NCBI GenBank assembly: GCA_963702845.1
Contig: OY969763.1
Span: 4,160,001-4,224,000 of the forward strand
Direction of reading: 5' to 3'
DNA length: 64,000 bases
Source: an uncultured Verrucomicrobiae bacterium
GTDB lineage: Bacteria > Verrucomicrobiota > Verrucomicrobiia > Limisphaerales > Palsa-1400
In this document: positions 47,955 through 57,125 of the stretch, piece by piece
Layout of the letters: each line of letters starts with the position of its first letter
How positions within the stretch are numbered: the stretch's first letter is position 1
Notes under the pieces: generated by a model
Database searches by the model: none
Told to the model about the DNA's origin: nothing
What the model saw: only the letters and a program-made list of their open reading frames with translations
Made by a program: the position numbers and the translations under genes

Positions 47955-49535
47955 CTAAGCAGCGCCAACGTCCACACCGGTCGCGCGCGTATTCAAAACC
48001 CGGCGCTGAGCTTCGTCGCGTCGCACGCGCGCCGGCGATGCAAACCAGGTTCTCCAACCTTCCGTCAACTCGATCCGAAACCAATCAATCATCGCCCAGC
48101 CAACGCGTTTGCCGGTTTCAAAACCGAAGTTGAATCCGGGCACCAAATAGCGCCGGCCGACGTTCGACTTTCCGCGCACGCCGCGCGCGCGTCGGTCACG
48201 AGCGATTGCGGCAAGTCGTCGATTATATTGCCGCATCAGCATGTAAACGGGATTGGCTGGCGCCGTTGAAAACACTGGTTCGAGAAAACTTTCCGTGCCA
48301 CGCCGAAACGGCTGCGCCACCACGCCCATGTAATACAGACCGATATCCATCGCGAACGCCAACCGCATCAGATCGTATTCGCCCATGTAATCGTATTTAT
48401 CCTTGTAGACGGCGCGGAACCAACGGTCGTAACTGCGGGCGAAGCGCATGTTATGCCGCACCAAACGCTCTTTGATACACTCGCCGTTCAACTGCGGGAT
48501 GATCAGTTTCACCGTCGAGATAGTTGTAAACGAAACCCAATCCATTCCCGGACTGTAAAACGGATCAAGAAAGGCCGACGCGTCGCCGACCAGCGCGAAG
48601 CCGTCTCCGGCGAACACGTTGCTCACGTAGGGCAAGTTCTTGCGCCAATGCACGTCGCCTTCGAGCCACTGCGAATCGCACATGATCTCGCGACCGACCG
48701 GATGTTCGCACAAAAACTTTTTCAATCGTTCTCCGAGCGAGCCGCCTTCCGGGATCTGCACGGTGCGTTGATCGAACACCACGCCGATACTGGTGTCCCC
48801 GCCCTTAAGTGGAATCAGCCAGGCCCACCAGCCATCGCCGACCAGATGATTCGTCGCCGTGGTGCGAGTTCCGAAACAGGCCTGGCGCCACTTCGGAAAT
48901 TTCTCAGCCAGTTCGCGCCCGTCCCAATCCTTCACGCCGCGCCAACGCGACCACAGTGCAGCCGTCGGGTGTTCGGTATTCGGCTTAAGCCATCCATTTT
49001 TGCGTGCCAGCAACGCGCCGACACCTGAGGCGTCGATCACCCAACGCGCTTCCACTGTTCGCAACTCGCCGTTGACCTTGGCATGTACTTTCTGCACGCC
49101 CCCGGATTTCAACTCAACATTCTGAACGTCTGCCGGACGCCAAAGCTCCGCACCCGCGGCACAAGCGCGATTCAACACTTCCTGGTCAAGCACCGAGCGG
49201 TCCACCTGAAATGCCGGCAATCGCGCCAACGATAATCCACCGACTTCGCTGCATTGATCGAGCGATTTGGTGTGTTCGTTAAAAAACCAAAACCGCATCC
49301 CCTGTTTCACGAGATGCGATTCGTTCAAGTGCTGCGTCAGCCCGAGAACCCTAGTGAGGAAATAGCCGCTGACCTCAACCGTCGCTTCACCCACGCGTCG
49401 CCCGAACGCTTCCGACTTCTCCATCACGAGAATGCGCAGGGTCGGCTTCTCGCGCAGGAGTAGCAACGCCGCTGAAGCTCCGGCTAAAGCACCGCCGATA
49501 ATGGCCACGTCATACCTGTGCGATTGGGGTTGCAT
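47955..49535 (-). CDS. FAD-dependent halogenase-like oxidoreductase
   Basis: IIGGALAG, VGEAT, IDASG, WWAWLIPL (WxWxIP), VGDA.AFLDPFYSPG. Confidence 0.8.
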   Translation of the reverse strand: MQPQSHRYDVAIIGGALAGASAALLLLREKPTLRILVMEKSEAFGRRVGEATVEVSGYFLTRVLGLTQHLNESHLVKQGMRFWFFNEHTKSLDQCSEVGGLSLARLPAFQVDRSVLDQEVLNRACAAGAELWRPADVQNVELKSGGVQKVHAKVNGELRTVEARWVIDASGVGALLARKNGWLKPNTEHPTAALWSRWRGVKDWDGRELAEKFPKWRQACFGTRTTATNHLVGDGWWAWLIPLKGGDTSIGVVFDQRTVQIPEGGSLGERLKKFLCEHPVGREIMCDSQWLEGDVHWRKNLPYVSNVFAGDGFALVGDASAFLDPFYSPGMDWVSFTTISTVKLIIPQLNGECIKERLVRHNMRFARSYDRWFRAVYKDKYDYMGEYDLMRLAFAMDIGLYYMGVVAQPFRRGTESFLEPVFSTAPANPVYMLMRQYNRRLAAIARDRRARGVRGKSNVGRRYLVPGFNFGFETGKRVGWAMIDWFRIELTEGWRTWFASPARVRRDEAQRRVLNTRATGVDVGAA

Positions 49536-49631
49536 GAGTTCCTTCTATCACGTTCCCACCTGCTCGGCAATCAGGGGTGAAAACCTTATATTGACAACCA
49601 ACGACTGACCACGGACAACTGACAAACATTT

Positions 49632-50378
49632 ATGAGCCAACTTTCCAACCAGGTTGCTGTTGTTACCGGAGCCGGTCGTGGTATCGGTCGCGCTATTGCT
49701 TTGAAATTCGCAGCTGAAGGCGCGGACATCGTCTGCGTCTCGCGCAGCGCGGAAAACGCTGAGAAAGCCGCCGATGAAGTCCGCGCCACTGGCCGCAAAG
49801 CCTGGGCGCATGCCGTCGATGTTTCCGATACTGCTACTGTCGCGGCGGCCGGCGAAAAGATTTTAGCCGAAGCCGGCAAAGTCGACATCCTCATCAACAA
49901 CGCCGGGGTCACCCGCGACGGCTTGCTCATGCGCATGAGCGACGCCGATTGGGACGCAGTGCTCGACACCAATTTGAAAGGCGCGTTTTCTTTTACGAAA
50001 GCGTTCACCCGCGCGTTCCTCAAACAACGTTCCGGCCGCATCATTAATATCGCGAGCGTCATCGGCCTCATCGGCAATGCCGGCCAGGCCAACTACAGCG
50101 CCAGCAAAGCCGGCCTGATCGGTTTCACCAAAGCGTGCGCCCGCGAAATGGCATCACGCGGCGTGACCGTTAACGCCCTCGCTCCCGGTTTCATCGAAAC
50201 CGACATGACCAAAGTCTTGAAGGAAGAAATGCGCGCCGAGTTGTTGAAGCACATCCCGCTGAATTGCTTCGGCCACCCCGACGACATCGCCAATGCCGCG
50301 CTCTTCCTCGCCAGTCCTGCCGCCCGTTATATCACCGGCCAGGTGCTGACCGTCGACGGTGGCATGGTCATGTCCTAG
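49632..50378 (+). CDS. fabG: 3-oxoacyl-ACP reductase
   Basis: TGAGRGIG, NNAGVTRD, GNAGQANYSASKAG, APGFIETDMT, VDGG. Confidence 0.95.
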   Translation: MSQLSNQVAVVTGAGRGIGRAIALKFAAEGADIVCVSRSAENAEKAADEVRATGRKAWAHAVDVSDTATVAAAGEKILAEAGKVDILINNAGVTRDGLLMRMSDADWDAVLDTNLKGAFSFTKAFTRAFLKQRSGRIINIASVIGLIGNAGQANYSASKAGLIGFTKACAREMASRGVTVNALAPGFIETDMTKVLKEEMRAELLKHIPLNCFGHPDDIANAALFLASPAARYITGQVLTVDGGMVMS

Positions 50379-51028
50379 AAGTGAAACGTATACGTCGCCA
50401 CCGCCGCGTGGTTGTTGGCCATACTCCCATTCAAAAACACCCCGAGATATTTGTAACCGATTCCAATCTCTTGATTTGGCAATAGCAAATACCGCACGCC
50501 TCCCATCGCTTGAACCGCGCCGTCGATTGCGCTGCTACTTCTATTCCCACCCATCACGTTATCGATCGCGTGCTCGTGCAACCCGCTAAAAACCCCGCCG
50601 CCACCGCCACCCACATAAAACGACCATCTCGGCGCTGGATGACAAACCAACACGCCATTCACAATAAACGGCAGTTGAAAATAATACCCTTGCAGGGCCG
50701 CCGACCGCGCGACGCCACCAGCCATGCCTGAAATGTTATTCAGCGAATTCACCAACGCGCCCGTTTCAAACTCCAGCCCGACACTCGTCTTCCCCATCAA
50801 CGGCACCATGTATCCGACTGACGCAGTGCCACGCACGCCCGGATGCGTCGAAAGCGTTCCTGAAATACCACCGACCGACGCTGTGATATTCTGCATGACA
50901 TTCGCGCCCGCGTTCGCATGCACATAAAACCCCAGCAACGAATCATCACGCTGCTGCTGCGCGCGAGCGCTCGCAGCCAGGGCGAGAGCCGTAAGAGTGG
51001 TTGCGGCAAAAACATTCAGCAATTTCAT
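50375..51028 (-). CDS. Outer-membrane beta-barrel protein (OmpA/Opa-like), paralog 1
   Basis: Signal peptide, amphipathic strands, C-terminal YTFHF. Confidence 0.82.
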   Translation of the reverse strand: MKLLNVFAATTLTALALAASARAQQQRDDSLLGFYVHANAGANVMQNITASVGGISGTLSTHPGVRGTASVGYMVPLMGKTSVGLEFETGALVNSLNNISGMAGGVARSAALQGYYFQLPFIVNGVLVCHPAPRWSFYVGGGGGGVFSGLHEHAIDNVMGGNRSSSAIDGAVQAMGGVRYLLLPNQEIGIGYKYLGVFLNGSMANNHAAVATYTFHF

Positions 51029-51298
51029 AGATGCTCCCTCCCTGTTGGTATGTTGCCCGTATTAAAACCCGATGCGGCATTCAAAACCGCGTAAGCCACT
51101 CTCAAACCAAATTCAGTCCTGTCAACCAGCCGTTCAGGTGCGGGATTCGACTATGCCTCCTGTCCAGAACGCCAGTTTCCAACCGGCGTTGTCCCCTGAT
51201 CGGCCTTCCAGCCCGCTTGTCCCAACATGAATCCGCCGCAATGTTTACATCATTGCGGCGGCTCTTTATTTGAGATTTGAAATCTGAAATTTGAAATC

Positions 51299-51955
51299 TT
51301 AGAAATGAAACGTATACGTCGCCACCACCGCGTGGTTGTTGACCGTATCCGTATCTTTCACAAACACCGCGAGATACTTGTAAGCGATGCCGACCTCGCT
51401 GCACGGATTCAACTGATAACGCGCGCCGCCCATCGCCTGGAAAGCGGCGTCCGTCTCCTCGCTATCCGCGTCCACTTCCACGTCATTGATGCGATGGAAA
51501 TGCAACCGGCTGTAAACCCCACCGCCGCCGATGCCCGCATAAAACGTGAACCTCGGCACCGCATGACAAACCAACACGCCATTCACCAGGAACGGCAATT
51601 GATAATAATAACCATCTAGATCATCCGTCGTAGTGATGCCTGGCGACGTTATCGTGCGCTTATCCAACGCGTTCACGATTGCTCCCGTTTCAAACTCAAG
51701 TCCAATACTCGTCTTCGACGCCAGCGGCACCGTGTAGCCGACGCTGAGCGAGATGCGTTCACCGACATCGGTTTTCAACTTCGCTTCCGCATCGCCGAAC
51801 GACGCTTTGATGTCGCCCAAAATATTCACACCGATGCCCGCGTTCGCATAAAACCCATTCAACGGATCTTTATAATAATTGGCCTGCGCCCGAGCTGATA
51901 CAGCCAGTGCGAGAGCAGTGAGAGCGATTGCACTAAATACATTTAGAAGTTTCAT
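51299..51955 (-). CDS. Outer-membrane beta-barrel protein, paralog 2
   Basis: MKLLNVF start and NNHA.VATYTFHF end shared with paralog 1. Confidence 0.82.
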   Translation of the reverse strand: MKLLNVFSAIALTALALAVSARAQANYYKDPLNGFYANAGIGVNILGDIKASFGDAEAKLKTDVGERISLSVGYTVPLASKTSIGLEFETGAIVNALDKRTITSPGITTTDDLDGYYYQLPFLVNGVLVCHAVPRFTFYAGIGGGGVYSRLHFHRINDVEVDADSEETDAAFQAMGGARYQLNPCSEVGIAYKYLAVFVKDTDTVNNHAVVATYTFHF

Positions 51956-52160
51956 TGGTAGTAATCCTGTTCGTTGTTTGTTCCAGACCGATGCGCGTAT
52001 CAAATGCGCGGCCACCATTCTCAAACTTTAGCGGCACCTGTCAACCAACCAAATTGTGGCCACAGAAGCAGACGTTGGTCAGGTCGCGCCCATTCACCAA
52101 AAATGTCACAGCAAACGGCCAGAATCCCACGTAATCGCGCCTCGCACAAAAAATTTCATC

Positions 52161-52410
52161 GGAATGTTTCTACTTCCGGCAACTTCCTTCTACTTCCGGC
52201 AATTAGTTGCCAAGTGGAGAAAATTAGGAGAAGGAAATGTTTCTACTTTTACCAAAGGCCGAACGTCGGCCTCGCAACGCGGACTCCGGAAGAAAATATC
52301 ACGGAAAGTCGCACATTGCCCCACATTCCCGCACATTGTCACACTTTGGTGGGAATTAAGTTGCACATTGGTGCAGTTTTCAAAGAACGAACCCGGGAAA
52401 GTCGCACATT
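52161..52410. repeat. Two blocks of 10-bp-periodic repeats
   Basis: tttctacttc/cggcaacttc/cttctacttc/cggcaattag; gcacattgcc/ccacattccc/gcacattgtc/acactttggt; ggaaagtcgcacatt occurs twice (52303, 52396). Confidence 0.75.
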
Positions 52411-52480
52411 CGCGACCGCCCCTAGGGCCGGTAAGGACCGACAGCCGAAGGAATTATAGCGTGAAGCTACGGCGTGTCAA
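52375..52480 (-). promoter_or_regulatory. Consensus sigma70 promoter followed by a hairpin and a boxA-like motif
   Basis: Minus strand TTGACA(52480-52475)-16-TATAAT(52458-52453); GTTCTTTGAAAACT at 52388-52375. Confidence 0.65.
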
Positions 52481-52576
52481 CGTCGCGTAGCAAACACCTC
52501 AGGGTTTCCCGAAGATTTGCCTGGATCCTTGCCTCATCCGCGCTTGAACCCTCTCGACTGACTCCCAAAGGGATAT

Positions 52577-52900
52577 TTACACAGGCTGTGATGGAGAAGA
52601 ACGCGCTGCCTGCGCCATTTCAGCAACAATCCGCCCGAAGTCCTCCAAACCGGTGGATGGAACGATGACGTTGTCGCGGCGACCGTTGACATCCTCGGTG
52701 ATGCGCAGAAAACGACCGCGAGGATTTTCCTTCAGGGTGAGTATGAAGGTCTTGCGCTCGATCTGGATAGTTACCCTTTGAAGGGTGTCCTCCTCAACAT
52801 ACGGCTTTTGGGGTCCCGATTGATAGGAGCGTTCAGCACTATGGGAACGCGCCTTATAAGCGGGACGCAATGAGGAGTTTGAGTGTTCGTTCGATAGCAT
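52577..52900 (-). CDS. PUR-family (Pur-alpha-like) ssDNA/RNA-binding protein
   Basis: IERKTF.LTLKENPRGRFLRITE..NGRRD.VIVP..GL..F single PUR repeat. Confidence 0.85.
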   Translation of the reverse strand: MLSNEHSNSSLRPAYKARSHSAERSYQSGPQKPYVEEDTLQRVTIQIERKTFILTLKENPRGRFLRITEDVNGRRDNVIVPSTGLEDFGRIVAEMAQAARSSPSQPV

Positions 52901-53083
52901 ATAGCCCTTCGCTTTTTGTCTCCGGTATTCTCTTGACAGCAGGAACGTAACTGTGAGATCGCACAAGGGCTATCACTCAAATGAGTGACTATGTGGCGGA
53001 TTCCACAGGTGGATTCTCATTCAAGAAAGCAGCATTTCAGCATGCTAAGGGCCCGGTTAAACCGGCCTGAACTGCAAACCGCT

Positions 53084-54590
53084 CTACGGTTTCCCCTGCG
53101 CATCGGAGATCTTTGTTCCCACCTCAGAAGCAAGTTTGACTACTGCAGCATTAGGATCTTCCTTCAGCGCTACAATTGCCGAAAGAGCGGATTTTGCATC
53201 AGGACCAATTTCCCCCAGAACTCCAAGCGCCTCCCGTTGGGTTTGGGAATAGTAATAGGATTGGTATTTTGACCGGTCCAATGCGTCGACGAGAATTGGC
53301 ACGACAATCTTAGCATCGCGATGTTTGAGCCAATGGATTTTTGCAGCGTCAACCCGAACACTGACATTGTCATCGCGAAGCAGAGCGCCTTCATTTAAGT
53401 CGGCGGTTGGGCGTTTTACAGCGACATCCGCCAACAATCCGGCGGCTTGAATACGATAGTAATCCTCGCTGTAGCCCAACCCATCGCGACAAACTTTAAC
53501 GCACTTTTCTGTCGGATAACCAAGGTCGAGCATGGCAGGAAGAAGCAGCATGCGGATAAAAATGCGTTTCGATTTTTTTTCGGCGAAGGTCCGCAGGATC
53601 GACAAAGCTTTGGCCCGTTCCGGATCCTTTAGATTCATTTTTTGGAACAACCCCGCGGCTTGAAGAATATTCTCCTCGTGCTCGTTGACACCCTGGCCGC
53701 CCTCGTCACCCCCCGAAGAGAATGACGCAAACTGGTTCAACACCGTTCCCAAAGCTTTGAAAACCATATCGAACGATTCTTTAGAATCCCTTTTCCAGGT
53801 CCCACAGCGCACTGGAACAATTGATAATCACAGCGCTGCTGGTCGAGGAAGACCGCGCCAGTTTTAGAGCCGACACGACTTCGGGACTATTTACGCCAAG
53901 TTCGCCCAATGATCGCGCGGCCCGCGGCTGCATCTGCGTCAATGGGCTTTTTAACGCCGCCAGCAGCACTTTCGTCGTGCGCGGGGAAGGCGGCTTAACC
54001 GTACCGGCGATCATAACAATGGAGTAACTTGCGAAGTTGGTAGGATAATTTTCAAAAACCTCGTCGAGCCGGTTACAGATATCCGCATCGAAGCCGATTT
54101 CCGAAAGCGCCATCATCACACCATTCACTTCTGTTGGGTTGTTTTCGTTCAGAATCGCAACGAGCTCGGGCACAGCCGGACGAGCGCTCGGGCCAAAACT
54201 TTCCAACACCTGACAAGCCGTCCAGCGACGTTCGGTCAACAGGTTTGGGTCGGGAAAAAACGAAAAACGTTTGGCGACTTTGGGCCATTTAGCTTTTATC
54301 CAAAGCAAGGTGCGAACCGACGCGCTGTTTTTTTCCCGCAACACAGAACGCAGTAAAGGGATGGCCTCCGGCCCGAGTTGCCGGATTTTAAGTAGATCAG
54401 GATTAGCCCAGCGTTCTGAGAGCGTTATCTTTGAAAGACGATCCAGCGCCGGGCGCATCACATCGTCGGGAGTCGGTCGGAAAAACAGGTATCCTCCCAA
54501 AATCAACACCAGCACAGCCGCGACAATCCACCACAGCCGACGAGAACGAACTTGAATTAACGATGATCCACCCGCCACTTCAGCGCACAA
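53084..54590 (-). CDS. Membrane-anchored HEAT-repeat protein (frameshift ~53800)
   Basis: N-terminal TM; GP.A..AVP.L, AA.SLGELG, LGEIGPDAKSA HEAT/PBS-lyase motifs. Confidence 0.7.
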
Positions 54591-54719
54591 TTACAGCTTG
54601 GATTACGAATTGCAAGCTACAGGTGGCACTCACCTTGATCCGAAACAAAACGGCTCGGTCCATGGTGTTGAAATATTTCAACAAGCTATCAGAGCATCCC
54701 GTTTTCTGTCTCTCGAATT

Positions 54720-54772
54720 CCGGCAAGGACCGGCGGTCGAAAGGATTATAAAGTGCATCGGCGGCTCGTCAA
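54720..54772 (-). promoter_or_regulatory. Second copy of the promoter+hairpin element
   Basis: Minus strand TTGACG-16-TATAAT; 39/53 identical without gaps to 52428-52480. Confidence 0.65.
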
Positions 54773-54980
54773 TGTAGTGTAGGTAACCAGGAGTTAACTG
54801 CCACCACTCTTTTTATTCGCATTGTCTCACGCCTCCGCCGTCTTGACTCTCAACCCTCAACCATCAACTCAGTCGGGGTTCAGCAGTAGGACAATTGGTC
54901 GTGGACATCGCAGCCCACGAGCAATCGTTTATCTTTGACAGACCGACCACAAGGCAGTGCAATCACCTCAGGAGGAACCT

Positions 54981-55730
54981 ATGCGATTTCGAAAGCTTTT
55001 TATCCGGCGCGGATTCACCGCAATCGAACTAATGGTTGTTATCGGCGTAATCGCGGTTCTCACGGCGATCTTACTTCCAACGTTGGCTCGTAACCGCGAA
55101 AAGTCGAAACGCATCCAATGCGTCAGCAACCTGAAACAAATCGGTACTGCCTATCGAATTTGGCCCGAGGTTTCGGACAAGTATCCAGCGCAGACTGAAT
55201 TCAGCCGAGGCGGATGGCAAAATTACCTGGAACAGACAAACTCCGGCCAATATTGCTGGACGAACTATGCGCTCATGCGAAACGAGCTCGGGGGGTCACC
55301 ATTGATTCTCACCTGCCCTGCAGACGAACGTCAACCGGCGCCAAACTTCGGCACCCTCAGAAACACGAATGTCTCTTACTTTGTCGGAGCCGATGCAAAC
55401 GAGAATTGGCCGTTGTCGATATTGGGCGGCGACCGCAACCTCGCGCGCGGTCGGACACCAAAGGAGGACTATGGCTTTTCTAAGCCAAACGGCGAAGGCA
55501 ATGATGTTTGGATAAAAACAAACTCCGCGATCGACCCGATTTGCTGGTCGCTCAAGATGCATTCCCACGGTGACACAAACGGAGCGGGCAACATTCTGTT
55601 AGGCGACGGCAGCGTTCAGCAATTGTCCTCGGCCAACTTCCGCACCGACTTTCAAACAAACGCCGCGGTGGCGTCGGGATACAATCCAGCTGAACAACAT
55701 CAGATTTCATTTCGGCTAATCTTCCCTTGA
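54981..55730 (+). CDS. Prepilin-type N-terminal cleavage/methylation protein with H-X-DG C-terminal motif
   Basis: RBS ggagg; RRG|FTAIELMVVIGVIAVL, C.SNLKQIG, CP.D, H...GNILLGDGSV. Confidence 0.88.
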   Translation: MRFRKLFIRRGFTAIELMVVIGVIAVLTAILLPTLARNREKSKRIQCVSNLKQIGTAYRIWPEVSDKYPAQTEFSRGGWQNYLEQTNSGQYCWTNYALMRNELGGSPLILTCPADERQPAPNFGTLRNTNVSYFVGADANENWPLSILGGDRNLARGRTPKEDYGFSKPNGEGNDVWIKTNSAIDPICWSLKMHSHGDTNGAGNILLGDGSVQQLSSANFRTDFQTNAAVASGYNPAEQHQISFRLIFP

Positions 55731-56025
55731 AAGGTTTTTCGGTTTCCAATCCGTGTTTCATCAGTGGCTAAAAACCCACCCAGCAACCTTCGTGCCTTGG
55801 CGTCGTATTGGCTGAATTTAGTGCAGAAAAAGTGCTGCTTCTTTCCCTCCTTTCCTTGGCTTCCCTACATTTTTTTACGAGTAGCACCTTTATGTCATCA
55901 TCACTCGCATTATGCGAACGATACAACATAAAGAATACAGTAAGCCGTTAACCGAAGGTCTCGCTCAACAAAGCGCGGCTCACCCAACCCTTGTCTGCTA
56001 CTCGCGACCACCCGTAGCTGCAAAG

Positions 56026-56110
56026 TGTCTCGGTTCGTCATCACTCAGTCTCAGGACGTCATCACACGTCCTCGGTTGTCATCACTTGTCACGACTTGTC
56101 ATCACATTTG
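56026..56110. repeat. 10/20-bp-periodic GTCATCAC array
   Basis: gtcatcactc, gtcatcacac, gtcatcactt, gtcacgactt, gtcatcacat. Confidence 0.7.
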
Positions 56111-56345
56111 CCCAATAGAAATAAATTCCCATAACCACCCTATGTACACCGAAACGATTATTAACGAGCCAATTACAACCGCCGCACCATCTGAAACGAA
56201 CTGCGTCGTTGCCACCATTTCAACTCCGTCCATTGTGCCAGCTCCGGAGTTACCAAAGCCTTCCACTTGGAGTTTGAAGTTTGAAGGTTCCCCGTCCTCA
56301 CTTTCACTTTCACTTTACGCGCACAGCCGCTATGTTGCCCCTCCT

Positions 56346-57125
56346 GTGACAAAACCGCTCGTCATCGCCGGTCGCCAATTCAGGTCCCGACTCTTCGTCG
56401 GCACCGGCAAATTTTCGTCGCCCGAACTGATGCGCGACGCGCTCGAAGCCAGTGGCGCGGAAATCGTTACCGTGGCCCTGCGTCGCGCCGACCTCTCGGG
56501 CAAAGGCGATCCGTTCGCCAATATTTTGGAATTCGTTGACCCGAAACGTTTCCTCGTCCTTCCCAACACAAGCGGCGCGATGAACGCCGAGGAAGCCGTG
56601 CGCCTGGCCAAACTCGCTCGCGCCGCCGGTCTGCCGAACTGGGTGAAGCTCGAAATCCATCCCGACCCGCGCTATCTCTTGCCCGACCCGGTCGAAACTT
56701 TGAAAGCCGCCGAGATTCTCGTCAAAGACGGTTTCGTGGTGTTGCCATATATAAATGCCGATCCTGTCCTGGCGAAACGTTTGCAAGACGTCGGCACCGC
56801 CACGGTCATGCCGCTTGGTTCGCCGATTGGTTCTAATCGCGGTCTCGAAACACGCGAGCAACTCCTCATCATCATCGAACAGGCCACTGTGCCTGTCGTG
56901 ATCGACGCCGGTATCGGCGCGCCAAGTCACGCGGCTGAAGCGATGGAGATGGGAGCCGACGCCGTCCTGGTCAACACCGCCATCGCCATCGCCAACGATC
57001 CGTGCCGCATGGCGCGCGCGTTTGCCGCAGGCGTCCAATGCGGTCGCGACGCTTACGAGTGCGGTCTGCCCGGCGCGCAACTGAACGCCGCGCCGACGAG
57101 CCCTCTAACTGCTTTCCTTCAATGA
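56346..57125 (+). CDS. thiG: Thiazole synthase
   Basis: [55 protein letters not shown]. Confidence 0.96.
   Translation: MTKPLVIAGRQFRSRLFVGTGKFSSPELMRDALEASGAEIVTVALRRADLSGKGDPFANILEFVDPKRFLVLPNTSGAMNAEEAVRLAKLARAAGLPNWVKLEIHPDPRYLLPDPVETLKAAEILVKDGFVVLPYINADPVLAKRLQDVGTATVMPLGSPIGSNRGLETREQLLIIIEQATVPVVIDAGIGAPSHAAEAMEMGADAVLVNTAIAIANDPCRMARAFAAGVQCGRDAYECGLPGAQLNAAPTSPLTAFLQ

Noticed and set aside
55730..56345. TPP riboswitch or long N-terminal extension of ThiG
   Set aside because: No TPP consensus motifs on the + strand; the upstream in-frame stretch is low-complexity and crosses simple repeats
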